A stretch of 64,000 bases of DNA, taken from the NCBI GenBank assembly GCA_951406725.2, contig OX597815.1, positions 148,924,001 to 148,988,000 of the forward strand, in the 5' to 3' direction. Origin of the DNA: Octopus vulgaris (lineage: Eukaryota). This document shows, piece by piece, positions 22,666 to 36,497 of this stretch. Made by a program: the position numbers and the translations under genes. The notes under the pieces were generated by a model. It saw nothing but the letters and a program-made list of their open reading frames with translations. It did not search any database and was not told the origin of the DNA. Every line of letters starts with the position of its first letter. Within the stretch, counting starts at the first letter, position 1.

Positions 22666-22867
22666 TGCCCAGTGTTGCCGTATATCGGTTTCCCAGACAC
22701 AATGTATATAGCTCTTTAACCGTAATGAAAGGGAAATGCCGACGACAGGTATCTCTCTTCAGATTTAGCTTTTAGAATTTGAAATATGTGACGAAACTAT
22801 TTTAACTGACCTAAATTTCGCTTATGCTTAAACACTGCTTGGCGTAGATACTGCTATATATATATAT

Positions 22868-23189
22868 AAAGGAAATGAAGAAAATGCTGACAAAATAATT
22901 TAAGTAAGGGGGAGTGTATTTAATTAGGTGAAAGTTCTTTTTACCGGTTGCGCATTTGTTATGCTTATCAAAAGATATTTTTTAAAGAGAGATAGAGTTC
23001 CTTTCTGATAGATTTTTTTCTCTTATCCAGATAAGAGAAAAAAATCTATCAGAAAGGAACTCTATCTCTCTTTAAAAAATATATGTTGATAAGCATAACA
23101 AATGCGCAACCGGTAAAAAGAACTTTCACCTAATTAAATACACTCTCCCTTACTTAAATTATTTTGTCAGCATTTTCTTCATTTCCTTT
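22868..23189. repeat. Near-perfect 322-bp palindrome (foldback) between (TA)n tracts
   Basis: Arms 22868-23027 and 23030-23189, 2-nt spacer CA, about 3 mismatches by eye. Confidence 0.95.
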
Positions 23190-23322
23190 TTTTATATATC
23201 ACAACTCGTGTTCCACATCTCCGTTTTTAAATATATATATATATATATGTGTGTGTGTGTATATGTTTGTGTATGTGGATGTGTGTGTGGGTGTATATAT
23301 CTATATATATACATACATGTAT

Positions 23323-23385
<63 letters not shown>

Positions 23386-24115
23386 TATAAGTAGATATGT
23401 ATTTATATATATCGCATTCAAGAGATTCATACTACACGGTGTATGACTTTAGACGTGTGACGTAACAAGGTATTTTCTAAAAAAAGAATTTCATCAAACA
23501 TACATAAAGATAGTTCTGTATCTGTAGACCTCTCACTCACAGATGCTTCAACAATTCACATATTTATTATAATAGTTTTTTTTTCGTTAGGGTTTGGCAA
23601 TTACAACAAGAGTAACAACTAACATACTCCAATGCAGGATACATTTTTTAAAACTCTTATCTGAAGCACAGTACTTTGCTGCTCTGTAATCTTTTTTGCC
23701 ATCCGCATACTTGATTTTTTTTCTCAAAGTTTATTGGCAACGATTCTCAGAGGGGGGGGGTGAATTTATTTATATGGACAGGCATTGGATATGTAAGAGT
23801 TCCGTTAAAATAACATCAGTTATGCAAAATAATAACATATGTTCGCAGGTGCACTTGATACGATATTGCAAACTGCCCTGAGTATTAACCATGGTAATGA
23901 TTGCAAGATAAAATTTATTTTTCAAACGTTCTGGATTACATTTATATTTATCTCAACCAAATCTGCTTGAAGTTTTGGGGCACATTTAATAATAATTTGC
24001 AAAAATTAACTGTAAAGGCAGCAACATGTACTAAGATATTTTACTCTAGGTGGTAGCTAATCTATATATAAAATACAAAAAATATCGTATGTTTGTAATA
24101 TGTATGTATCTATAA

Positions 24116-24163
<48 letters not shown>

Positions 24164-24477
24164 ATGTTTATATATATATATGTATATATGTTTACATATA
24201 TATATATATATATGTTTATATATATATATTTATATACATATATATATATATGAATATATGTTTACATATATATATATGTTTATATATATATTTATATACA
24301 TATATATATATGAATATATGTTTACATATATATATATGTTTATATATATATTTATATACATATATTTATATGTATATATATATATGTTTATATATATATT
24401 TATATACATATATATATATATATATGATATATATATATATATATATATATCCATGTATGTATTATATATATATATAC

Positions 24478-25415
24478 TTAATTACTAATATCTGAGTAAT
24501 AAAGATTTAAAAAATTTTTACTAGCAGTGTCCTAGCGTATAGAAAAATTAGTCAATAGACTCTATGGTATTACTATAAAATACAGTGCTCATTTAAACAT
24601 ATTTAGAGGTGTCCATCATGGGACTCCCTTACGCTTGAAGGAACAGCTAAAGTCCAAACCACTAATTAGGGATAAAATCTCGAAGAGAATGGAAAATAAT
24701 AACATTTACTATCAATTTCCTGGACCATGGTTTCAGACATTTTTTAGCAAATAAAATAATCTTCCAGACGATGTCTTCGTGAACAGGTACGCCAAGATTA
24801 AAGATATAAGTACGAGACAAATCCAGCATGTGCCTCTTGATTATACATTTTTATATTTGAAATCCACCACGCAAGCGCTGTTTTCTTTCGGCTACAAGAA
24901 GAATGCCGGCAATATCTTCGAATAATTTTCCAGAAATCTTTATACATAATTAATAATATCAGTGTAATAAAGATTTTAGAAGTTTTTTTTATTACCAGTA
25001 GCCAAGTATCTAAAAAAATTTTTAATAGACTATATATTATTCATATAAAATGCAGCCTACATTTAAAACTGAGCTTGCGCGGTAGATTTGAAAAATCTGG
25101 AAAATGTATAAGCAAGAGGCACATATTGGGTTTGCCTCGTACTTATATGTTTATTCTTCGCGTACCTGTTGAAGGAGTCTTCGCCTAGCAAATCATTTTA
25201 TTTGCTAAAAACAGTTTGAAGCCATGAGTCCAGGAAATAGATGGTAAATTATTTTATTTTTCATTCCCTTCGAGATTTTATCCCTAACTAGTGGTTTGGA
25301 CTTTAGCTGTTCCTTCTAGCGCAAGGTAGTCCTATGATGGATACCTCTTAATGTGTTTAAATGTACACTGTATTTTATATGAATAATATATAGTCTATTG
25401 ACTAATTTTTCTATA
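24478..25415. mobile_element. Non-autonomous Penelope-like element with partial tandem and inverted pseudo-LTRs
   Basis: Inverted arms at about 24538-24884 and 25065-25415, direct repeat at about 24478-24598 and 24947-25068. Degenerate hammerhead CCTG...GAAAC-CATG-GTC-CAGG at 24720-24787 (-) and its copy at 25165-25234 (+). Confidence 0.7.
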
Positions 25416-25667
25416 TGTGTATATATATGTTTATATAAGCGTGTATGTATATATATATGTGTGTGTATGTGTATATATGTTTGTGCATATGTGTATATAT
25501 GTTTGTACATATGTGTATATATATATATGTGTGTGTATGTAGAAATGTATGTCTATGTATAGATGTGTATGTGTAGATGTATGTATAGATGTGTGTATAT
25601 AGATGTGTATAATATATATACTCATACATACAAATACATACACACAGACACACCTATGATTGTATGC

Positions 25668-25698
<31 letters not shown>

Positions 25699-25706
<8 letters not shown>

Positions 25707-25874
25707 TTTAGAGACAAAACCACTATTATGTATTGGATTAAGTCTTTCTTTGTTTGATTTGCATAATAGTGGTTTTGTCTCTAAATAATATTATATTATA
25801 TTTTACTATAAAATTGGATTCAATCCTAAATCTGATTTTTCCCAGTAAATTTGGATTTATTCCCTAATATTTAT

Positions 25875-25880
<6 letters not shown>
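25699..25880. mobile_element. Penelope-type pseudo-LTR fragment with a ~30-bp perfect inverted repeat
   Basis: TATTATTTAGAGACAAAACCACTATTATG / CATAATAGTGGTTTTGTCTCTAAATAATA. Same family as 59660-59815. Confidence 0.65.
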
Positions 25881-25955
<75 letters not shown>

Positions 25956-26461
25956 CGCGCGCGCGTGTGTGTGTGTGTGTGTGTTTGTGTGTGTAATATA
26001 CCTCGCATAAATTATAATAATAACCTACCTTCTAAAAGATAAAAGTACGTTAGATGAAATAAAGACAATCTTATATAAATTAAACAAGTAGAAATTTAGA
26101 GCATGCGCATTTTAGTATTGGAAATGCATGTGATAATTCGAGAAGATTATCAAACGTCTGCGTCTACATCCATCTTCAATACTGGCATACACAGTGTCAA
26201 GATTATTATGCGGAGATGTTGCTAAATATGAAAGGGAATTAGGCATCACTCGCTTGCGAGCATTATTTAATTTCGTATGCAATCGTGAACTCATTCTGTG
26301 ACGTGCGCAGTTTACTCCGAAAGTAAATCTTTCAAAATGACATTTACTATTTTATCCATTAAAAACTTTAACTCACTCCCTACTACATTCAGTATTTTGT
26401 ATGTCGTTTCAGAAAAATTTTATATAGCATTTTTCTGTTTTACTTTTCTTATTTAAATCCG

Positions 26462-26822
26462 ATACATGGCAGAGTGGGTTAATAATTTCAGAAGGTTGGT
26501 TTCCAGTCACGTATTTTCGGATGAAGTTCCACAGCGTCCCTTCATTTACAAATCTCTTCTACAGTAACCCCAGATCGACCAATGCTCAGTCAGTGAATTT
26601 CGCACGCACATGTGTATGTATTTGTATGTGTTCATGTGTATGTGTCTTTGTGTGTCTCCTACCACTTGACAACCGGCATAGGTTTGTTTACGTGACTGTT
26701 GCATTAACAGTTTAAGGAAACGAGAACGATAGAATAAGTAACAAATTTTAGAACATACGTTCTGTGGTCGAATTGTTTGACTTAACCATTCGACGCGTTG
26801 CTCCAGTACGGCTAATGACTAA
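26462..26822 (+). mobile_element. Degenerate tRNA-derived SINE with internal (TG)n, family of 45447-45813
   Basis: Head TGGCAGAGTGGGTTAA, internal TG repeat, tail GATAGAATAAGTA...TGCTCCAGTACGG. Confidence 0.55.
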
Positions 26823-27835
26823 AATCGATTCCTATAATTCGCATCCTAATAACTGTTAGCATCTATTGATTACAATGTTTATGTTACTAATCTAAACTCG
26901 TACCAGTCGATAAATTTCCTCTTGTACATAATATATATGCTTTAATATTCATGTCCTGGCACATCTTTGGAAACATTCTTTAAATAGTGATTAAATATCA
27001 GCGTTTGAGCAACGAATAGCTTAGTAATGCCAATATTTCTATGTATATCTAAAAGAAATTTCACTATAGAATGTTTGTGATAGCCTCTAATCTATTTACT
27101 AGTACATCTATAAAATTAATTAACGATAAGCTTGTCGCATTTTCTTTAGGAATATTAGCACCGTATCTATTTAATGCTTTTCAAAGTAACTACTGATCAG
27201 GTTTACTGAAAGCATTGGTAATCTTGTGAAAATTAATTTCATTAACTCTATTTTCATTCATTGATGGAGTCCTCTGTTGGAGTTAAAGTGAAAAAACATG
27301 TATCTTTTTAAATTGTAAGTCTACAGGTCTGAGGCATAAGCTTGGTTGTGCTTTAAAATGTAAATTCACTGCATCTTAGATGAAATATTTCCTAGCCTCT
27401 GAGTGGCGCTAAACTTCTGAGGGAGGATGCTCCTTTGGATATCTCTCCTCCTCGCTTTAAGAACGGCTTTTCTTTCAACCGTACATAACAAAATGTTACG
27501 GAGTTGAAATTACGTAGTGAGTATTTTTTTCCATTTGTTCCGGGTTAACCCAAGAGGGTGGTACAATAGTTTAGCAGAAAGGCAACGACTGAAAGAAGCA
27601 AAACAAAATGAAGTAAAACAATGTATGCGTATAACTTGCCGAAGTATTTATATTTAGGGCAAAGAACTCCTCCAGTCGTGAATGACCTTGGGATTGCACC
27701 TAGAAAGTTACCCTCCGAGACAGAAGTCGAGGCAAGGTTGTATCAGCGTCCCCTATCCATGCCACCGATGTTACCTAATCCAAAGAAAAACATACACACA
27801 CATACTCACACACACACACACACAAACACATACAT

Positions 27836-27889
<54 letters not shown>

Positions 27890-27890
<1 letters not shown>

Positions 27891-28110
27891 GTGAATCCAA
27901 ACAGGGACAAACATGCGAAAACAACAACGCGAAGGCGTGGTACAACTAATGTATTATCAGGCGCTCAAAAAAGGAAAGAAAAACGATTTAACGTTTCGAA
28001 CAAAACTCTTCTTCAGAAATGGAGGAAAGTTCAAAAGTAGGGAAGACGGAGGAAGGAAATTGCCAACAATACACAAATGGTTACATTTTGAAATGACCGG
28101 AAGGGAATAT
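27890..28110 (-). mobile_element. Penelope-type pseudo-LTR fragment with a minimal hammerhead-like motif
   Basis: Minus strand 28020-27986 reads ATTT-CTGAAGA-AGAGTTTTGTTC-GAAAC-GTT-AAAT. Confidence 0.55.
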
Positions 28111-30464
28111 ATATAACGGAAAAATTGTAGGTGTAGACGGACATTAATTCAACATCCATGTTCGTACAGAACCCATATATTGAAAAAGACACTAGGTTGA
28201 AAGGACTAATGAAACGAAACCATTTTCCAATGTGTATCTTTCAAAGTAATTGTATATCTGCGTATAACTTTATCTTGCTTGGTACGAAATTCCTCCTTTT
28301 TCCTCTTTTTTAAATTTTTACTGCTAAGTAGTTAATTTTTAAGATGGAGAAAAGAAAAAGTTAAAATATGACGTTCAACCTACAAACTATATTTTGACTT
28401 TTCGGGGGGGGGGGGGCTACGAAATTTCGTATAATTTTGACTTTGACTTAATTTTATGTATGGAGTTATTCTACACCGACGATACCAAAGAAAGCTGAAA
28501 TAGTACTAAACGTAACTCCTAGCGTCAAAACAAAAAAAAAGGAAAAGATGAATTAGGAACTTTGTTATATTGTGTGTAAGAAATTGCTAGGGATAAAGTA
28601 TCCAGGCGGGAAACGTTGGAGCTCTCTCGTCCATCTTTTGTAATTCCCTTTTCAATATATCAGGTTGTCCCAATCGCCATTTTTTCAATGCCTTTAACTC
28701 TACATATGAGCCGTCTCTGGATGACAACTGGGCATGTGCTGCCCAAACGTAGGCTGCCTGTCGGATGAAAGTTCAGAGTCGACAAAATAAGTACCAGTTA
28801 AGGATTTCCGTCGATTACATCGACGTAACCCTCGCCAAAAAAATGCTGGCCATGTGCTAAAATTTGAAACCAAATGTCTCGGTTACTTGTGTTTCAGTGG
28901 AATTGTATATTCTTATATAGAAACTAGTCGGCCAAGATTTGGAGTAGAATCACAGCAATATAAAGGGAGATAAGGACAAATACTCACATCAGGTACAAAT
29001 GTCGAGGCGTGTGTGGGTATCTCGCATCACAAATTAGTAGACCCTCCACTCTTGTGAATAGTAGATAGAAGGAGGAAATAAGTAGGAGAAATATGGTGAA
29101 AGAAGAAGGAAACAGTTGTAGAGCATGTACTTAAACATAAATTGGTGGGAAAATAAAATAAAGATAGATGTGTCGTGGCAGCCGATCCCTGTCTGCTAAC
29201 GATATAATTACGAGTGTTTATATGCACCACGAGTCAATGTGAGTGACCTTTCAAGGAAGGCAATGTTTATAAAAAGAATGATATATATACCCACTCACAC
29301 TCACACACACTCGCACATACATTTGAACACGAGAAAATATTAAAGAAAAAGTATTATATATAATTATTTTCAATGAACATTTTGTCTTGTATATTTTGTC
29401 TTGCTAAATTAATTTGTTATAACTCATAGCAATATTATCTTCGAATAGATTGTCCGTGAGCAGGTGTTTATAAAATGACTGTAACTATTCTAGCCAATGT
29501 AAAATTTCTTTATTACGCAATGACACTTGCAATACATTTAGAAAACAATATATCATTGTCGAGAAGACAAAATCTGAGTTTTGGATATGTATGTGCGCGT
29601 AAATGTTACCTAACTAGGAATTTGCTGCATCAGTGGATTATTATATTTTCAAGAGTTGATTACATACTGCAAATAAGTAGCCCATGAACGAAAGCAAGCG
29701 CTGTTTCAAACAGCACTCTTTTATTGCAAAGAGGAAATACCTTTCATCCTGCTACAATGAAACTCATCTAACGTTTTGAATGATTATATCAGCAGCTGTC
29801 TCAATGATTTCCTAAAACAGTGATTTAATTATCCTCGAACATAAACTGTGATATATTTTTAAAGGATCTAAGTTAAAAATAATTACGACATCATCACAAT
29901 TGGGAAACATATTCGTAATTTCCAGCTGGTTCAGTTTGCTCGTTGTCTCATTTACTTTATTGAAGATATGAGTAAATATTGAGAATCATTTCTAGTTTCA
30001 AAATGTTTTACTCTTATTTCCATGATATTCGAGATACAGTTATTTTCTTCTTTGACACGAGCCGAAAACAACATTTTGCTTACTTTGAGAATTCTTTGTT
30101 ATTTCATACTATGGTTCCTTCTTACATCTTGTCATATAACTACTTTACAGTGCAATCTAATATAATCTAAATCTCTTAGACACAATTAGCATAAATTCAT
30201 GACGAAAACGATTTGTAAACATGTAACATTCAATGAAAGTGAATGAAATCATCTCAGTAACGAATGACAAAACTTTACTTGTTGCCATATGTATAGACGA
30301 TTTGGGGAAGATCGGGATTTACTCCTCATATGCCTTAAGGAAACGATGGGATATTTGTGAACCCAACTTAGACACAAAGATGGAATGAGTGCAAGGCATC
30401 GGTCTTGCAATTTTATCTCCGCGGGTTACGAACTGAAATAACAGAGTCAGAACACTTCTTTACT

Positions 30465-30522
<58 letters not shown>

Positions 30523-32591
30523 TGTATGTATGTATGTATGTATGTATGTATTTATATGCCTATATACATATATATATTTGGCTATATACATATATGTGTA
30601 TATATATTTATATATATATTTATTTATATACTTATGCACATATCTACATATATAGGCACATATGAATATAAACTTACATATACATACACATACATACATT
30701 CAAATACACATAGGTCTATGTCATCAGAATACACTGGAGATGTGCAAGATCAATATAGGCTTTATACTTGATTTTATATAAATGTATTTTTATTGTTGAT
30801 TGTATAAAGAAGATCATTGTTGTCATTGAAATTTTCTTTAGAAAATATTTGAATCTCTCTCAGCAGGATTCACTGGTCTGGTCTAATGAATGTGTCAATG
30901 AAAGTCTGCCATTTTAACTCGAATAGATTTGCTGAACTAAAGATTAAATTTAAACTGAACTGAAACAGTGAAAAATATACCCATTCCTATACTTCTTTCC
31001 ACATGCCCGATTTGTACAGAGAAGATAATATTTAAATAATACAAAAATAAATCAATCGTTTCTTATCTACTAAATATTGTATATATTAAATTCGCCATAT
31101 TTGTTTTATATTGTTATAGTCTTCAGTGCGTTATATTCCGGGAATTTAAGTATAACTGTTGTTTAAATAATTCATACTTAGCATATTAACAATTGCGATA
31201 AACATAGTTTTTTTCCTGGGCTTAAATATAAATTACTATCTCGCCGCACCTACATGCACACGCGCACACACATATATATATAGAAATAATTCTCAAAGCA
31301 TTCATTTTAACGAATGATTTTTTTCTTGGGTCCATAAATGTCTCCTATCATTGTACGTTCATTGTTGTATGATATATTTTGGGGGATTTATATTCAATTT
31401 TAATTATTTCAAAATGTTTTCAATATTTTTCTCATTAGTTTTTCACAGATAAATACAAACCAGTATAAATATTCAAAGAAAAAAAAAAATATATAATTAT
31501 TTTGTCTTATTTTTTAAATGCTGAATTTCAATATTTAATACGTATATATCACTTACTCTCTGCCTGCCTGTCTCTTTTGCTCCGAAAATCTATTTGTGCA
31601 TGTTTACGAAATCATATATATATATACACACATTCACATACAAACTTATGCAGCTGTTAGATTTTCTCCATATACTTTCGCTTATTGTATACAAAAGAGT
31701 TGATTTCATAAGAGACGACACAAAAACGAATTCGTTAATAATTTACAATATCACATAGTAATATATGTAGGCGGAGACACACAAGTTTATAATGATTTTT
31801 AGCGAAATGTGTGTTAGATCTAATTCGCAAGACGTCGTCTAATTGATGCAAAAGGCAATTTACTCTTAATTTTTTTTACCACGATATTTTAGAAATTATG
31901 CTGTAAATTTACAAAACTATTACTGACGATAATTCTTTATCTCATATAGATATTTTCTCTTAATTATATATATATATTTTAAAATTGTATGTGTACATCT
32001 TTCTCTGTAATAATGTATATACTATGAAATAGGAAAATACTAACAATCTCCAGGACAACTTCTGCTTGACATTTTCAACGTAATTCAGCCATCCATTTGG
32101 GACCGTCAGTTGCGTGATTCGCAGAGTATTAAACATTAAATATATGAAGCATATATGTAACGACACCCAGTTCACAGAATTAATTATATTTCAGTGGAAT
32201 AAGGGTCTATTCAAGTGTGAGTCTGAATTGTCAGAGGCATATTACAAGGGGCCTCAACCTTGGGTGAGTTCTGAATTTGATATTTAGATTGCTTGCGCTA
32301 TGTTGATAGTATGTTTTCCATACTCTCAGAGCGGCGTTGGAGAGAATCAAGTTTCAATATTTTAACGCGGTCCTCATAATCATCATGCCATGATTAACGA
32401 TTACTCTCTGAAATTTTACCGTGCTCGATTTTTTTTCCGACACAACATAGAACAGCACTATTCTAGTTGTGGATATATTAAGGATGAAAACAGGGAAATG
32501 ATGACATTTGGTTCTCTTGACTGGGATGTTCGGCATATCTAGAAGATCATTCTACGAGCCATATCGATTTTATCAACAATATTCCTAATAC

Positions 32592-33050
32592 AGTTCTATA
32601 TTTAGGAGATGAGGAATTATGTACAGTATATGCATTATTTATATTTGACGGATATTTGTACTCATCTTGTTTGTTGCGTTGGGGAAATTTCGAATCTGGG
32701 ATCTCAATCGTAAGGTATTTTTCAATCTTGTTGCTGTTGTTGTTGCTTTTATTATTATTATTATTGTTATTATTATAAGCCCTAAAATTCACTACATAAT
32801 TGCCACGGGCATATGGCGTAGTGGTGAATATTATTATTATTATTCAAGTTAGTGCCTGGAACTGAACTCTGAATATTGGGGTTAGAAGCCTGCGCTCTTC
32901 ACCACTACGCCATATGCCCGTGGGCAATTATGGAGTGAATTTTAGGGTTTAGAAATCTCTATCAGCCGAAACGTTATGTTAACAACAAAGAAAATGAGGA
33001 CAAATATCCATCAAAATGTAAATAATGTAAATAATGTAAATTATTCCTAA
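32592..33050 (-). mobile_element. tRNA-head/(AAT)n/Penelope-tail element with an inverted terminal copy
   Basis: Minus-strand head GGGCATATGGCGTAGTGGTGAAGAGCGCAGGCTTCTAACCCCAATATTCAGAGTTCAGTTCCAGGC (about 32920-32853), then AAT repeat and tail to 32592. An inverted tail fragment ATCAGCCGAAACG... lies at 32961-33050 (+). Confidence 0.75.
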
Positions 33051-33559
33051 GTCTCATATCGTGAGTTGTTCTCCCGAGAGAAGAGAATGTTCTTTTTGTG
33101 GGCGCATTCGCTTTCCTAGACTCTATGAGTTTAACTTTATCTTCATTTATCAGCATATTATTTCTCTTAATCCATGCAGATCACACCGGAGTTTAGTTCG
33201 AGCTTCTCCATTGATAAGTTTATGACTGTTGAAGTAACCCGCTAATATTTTTATTTTGCTATGCTTGATGTCATTTGCGTTGTTATGTATATAGTAGAAG
33301 TGCCCTCCCCGCCAAACAATCCCTTGGAGAACATCATTAGTGACTTTTGCTGGGCTTGGTACTAGCAGGGAACCTATCAGGGCCTACAGCAGATCAATAC
33401 TTTGTTTTATTTATTATTGTAATGATGTCTGAGGCAGTGAAAGCTATGTCAGAAATAATATATTGGGGATTGTGTTTATTGATATTTCTTACGTGAATAT
33501 CTGTTTTCTAATAACGACATGGCAATATTGTTTCTGCATTATTTTCCCCATTTCATTAC

Positions 33560-35435
33560 AATCATGGTAGAGAAATATTTTATTCAGTTATATACGGACC
33601 ACTGTATGAGACAGCGGTCCTATGATTGTTGGCAAATGAATGGAACCTTTAACACTTTTGGACACTGTTAGATATATTTCATAAACTAAATTTCCTCTAC
33701 AACCCTTTGATTGTTCACGTACGTTCCATGCTGTTCTGCTCGCAGACAATATTTTCCAAACTCAAGCCTTCTTATTACCGTTCGTCGTCAATGCCATTCG
33801 GTAGTAGCATTTTAATTTTTTGAATGTTATTTTTTTACTGAGTCTTTTGAGTCTTCTGTGGGTGTTTTGTCATTCCTTCTTCAGTGCTTACTTCTATTTG
33901 TGCTTGTGAGTTTCTGCTACGCTGCTTCAGTATCAGAGAAAGTGTGAGTGAAGAAGCAGTCGAAAAGCGACTGACCTCATCTAATTGCTCCGCAGTCTAC
34001 TATGCGAAGATTAAGGCTATTGAATATCTGCACTGGAGGCGGAGTCTCTAGTTCGGCTAACCGAAATTTTATGGATAAATTTATTGTGGGTTTTTAATAT
34101 CATTTCCAAAATATTTTTGTTTTCTTTTTTTGGCTGAAAAAGATCGGGATAGGAAAATTTAGCCAATAAACTAAATAGCTTGTCTGGAGTTGAGATGCAG
34201 TTATCTAGTTTCATGGTATTTGTAGACCAGTTAGCATAAGGAAAGTTAAAATCACCTGTCATTAATCTTCTCAGAGTTATGCTTTGAGAGAAAGAACTTC
34301 ACTTTGTTGATGAATTCTTAACAGTACTGCGGAGGATCCGGAGACGCCTAGAGACGAACAATTGTTACAATATTAACATTGTTGTCTAGTGTCATACATT
34401 CATAGAAGCCATAGCGAGTTATATTCTTGGCATTCATGGCAAAGACATCATGGAGAAAAATTGCTGTTCTTTCTTAATTTCGGCACAGATGACGGTGAAA
34501 TTTTCTTTTTCGGGAGCTCGGCAAACAAATCAGTATTGTTTAGGTGGTTTTTGGTTAGGATAAAGAAAAAGATGCAGTGGGTTATTGCAGCAAACCAACT
34601 CTCAATATATGAATGACGCTTTATGCATCGTACATTTAGTAAGAGTATCGAAACGAAGTTCGATACTGTTTGTCAAAAGACCTTGATTTACTCATTTTGT
34701 TTCATTCACTGTAGGCTGTTTATGTACGGGGTTAATTGAGAGGAGTGATATTCTGGTTGATAGTTTGTATGTCAGTCCAAAATTTTTGAATAACTGACTG
34801 CTGACAGACTATTGAGAATACAGGCACAGGTGCGCTTTCAAATTTTACCGGGTAGGTCAGTCCTCTTGGTTAATCACTTGAACAGGTGATACGTCGTGCT
34901 TGCTTATTTTGTTTGCTGTTGAAGTTTTCCTCTGTGGGTGATATGTTTTTATGGTCGGTGCTTGGGGGTGGAGGGTAGCTGTATCTTGTTTTCTTTTCTG
35001 TTAGTCTATCATTTATTTTATGCCTTTCAGATCACCAGTTTCTGGTATATATTAAAGGCAGAGAAATGTGACACAGTTTAGAGTGGAAGATGACAAACCT
35101 GTTACCTTTTGTGCATCCTTATTAAGGTCCGCCCTACAATATTTAGGACAATATTTGCTCTTTATACTTCTATGGCATAAGGGAGGCTGGGAAAAGGAGT
35201 AGTAGCATTTGTTGTTGCTGCCGCTGAAACCAAATTTACAGATGCTTTGGCAATGTCGTCGGCAGGTTTTTTTTCTAGTTGAAGTGGGCCATATATGTAA
35301 CTTGCCATGGAATGTGTGCGAGAGAGAATCATCTATAAATGTTGTTCATGTAGCAGCAGCAGCGGCAGTGGCAGCAGCAGCAGCAGCAGTAGCAGCTGCA
35401 GCACAGGAGCAGCAGCAGTAGTAGTAGTAGTTGTT

Positions 35436-35531
<96 letters not shown>

Positions 35532-35975
35532 TTTGTAGTAGTCGCCTGTCGTTATAACTGATGCAGATTCTATCCTAAGTAGTCTGTTGCAGCGGATTCA
35601 GACTTGCTACAATAGGAATGGTTGGAATGAGGTCAGTTGATAAAGCCAAGGCAGGCGCTGCTAGATTGTGACAAAAGGAAGGATTGTTGAGGTGACCACT
35701 AACCTGTTGCTATGGGGTCTGAATTTCTCTGCACTCATTGACCGGTACAGATTCCTGATCATCCATGTGCTTGCACATGGTATGGAATAACCTTGTAAGT
35801 TCTTTGATTTTATTTTTATTTTGCTTTTCTTTTCAACCAAAAGAAAGAGGATCTACTTTTTCAAGGATTCGACTTTGTATAGCAACTGCTTCACCATTTT
35901 TATGATATGCGTAACTCTCTAGCCAATGACCTTTCCAGGTTTTATTGACCATGTTCAGTAGATAGAGATATATTA
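33560..35975 (-). mobile_element. Degraded 5' half of a CR1-group LINE (Cys-rich ORF1 remnant plus APE endonuclease)
   Basis: APE motifs SILLLNVRCIK (about 34650), TGDFNFPYANW (about 34260) and NILEMIL. Cys/His-rich ORF1-like remnants at about 35100-35300. Interrupted by (GCA)n(GTA)n at 35350-35540. Confidence 0.55.
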
Positions 35976-36344
35976 CGCTACATGTAATTGAGTAGCTCAA
36001 CAACTTAATGCATAATCGTGTATTTGTGCCCGTAAAAGTTTATCTACAAATAAATGCGTCACACACATATACAGAGAGAGAGAGGGGGGGAGAAAGAGAG
36101 AATGGGAGCGGCTTAAATATATAACTACGTCTTTAACTATATGTGTGCGTGTAAAGCGCGCGCGAGAGCGAGAGAGGGAAAAGATAAATAATCACCTAAG
36201 TCACGAGTTAGCGTGATAAACAGGTTACATATACATTAATATGCACCCAAAACAGGATTTGGAATTGTAAAAGAACGCATAGAATTGTGTACAGAATTCA
36301 CTGGACATCACGAAATTAATTTTTCTTTTCCTTAATTTCCCCCG

Positions 36345-36497
36345 TGGACATACGTAGCTTAGTGGTTAGCATGCTGGCCTCCTTATTGTAAGATTATGGT
36401 TTCGATTCTTGAATTGGGCAATGCATTATGCTCTTGAGCAAAGTACTCCATTTCAGTCACAGTGATCCAGTCTACTCAGCGGGCAAATATGAGTAGC
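36345..36497 (+). mobile_element. tRNA-derived SINE 5' part
   Basis: TAGCTTAGTGGTTAG (A box), GGTTTCGATTC (B box), CTTGAGCAAAGTACT core. Confidence 0.65.

Noticed and set aside
32853-32920. Functional tRNA genes at the tRNA-like heads (also near 15300, 36350 and 53950)
   Set aside because: A/B boxes are present but no complete acceptor stem or cloverleaf, and each continues into a repeat body, so they are SINE heads.
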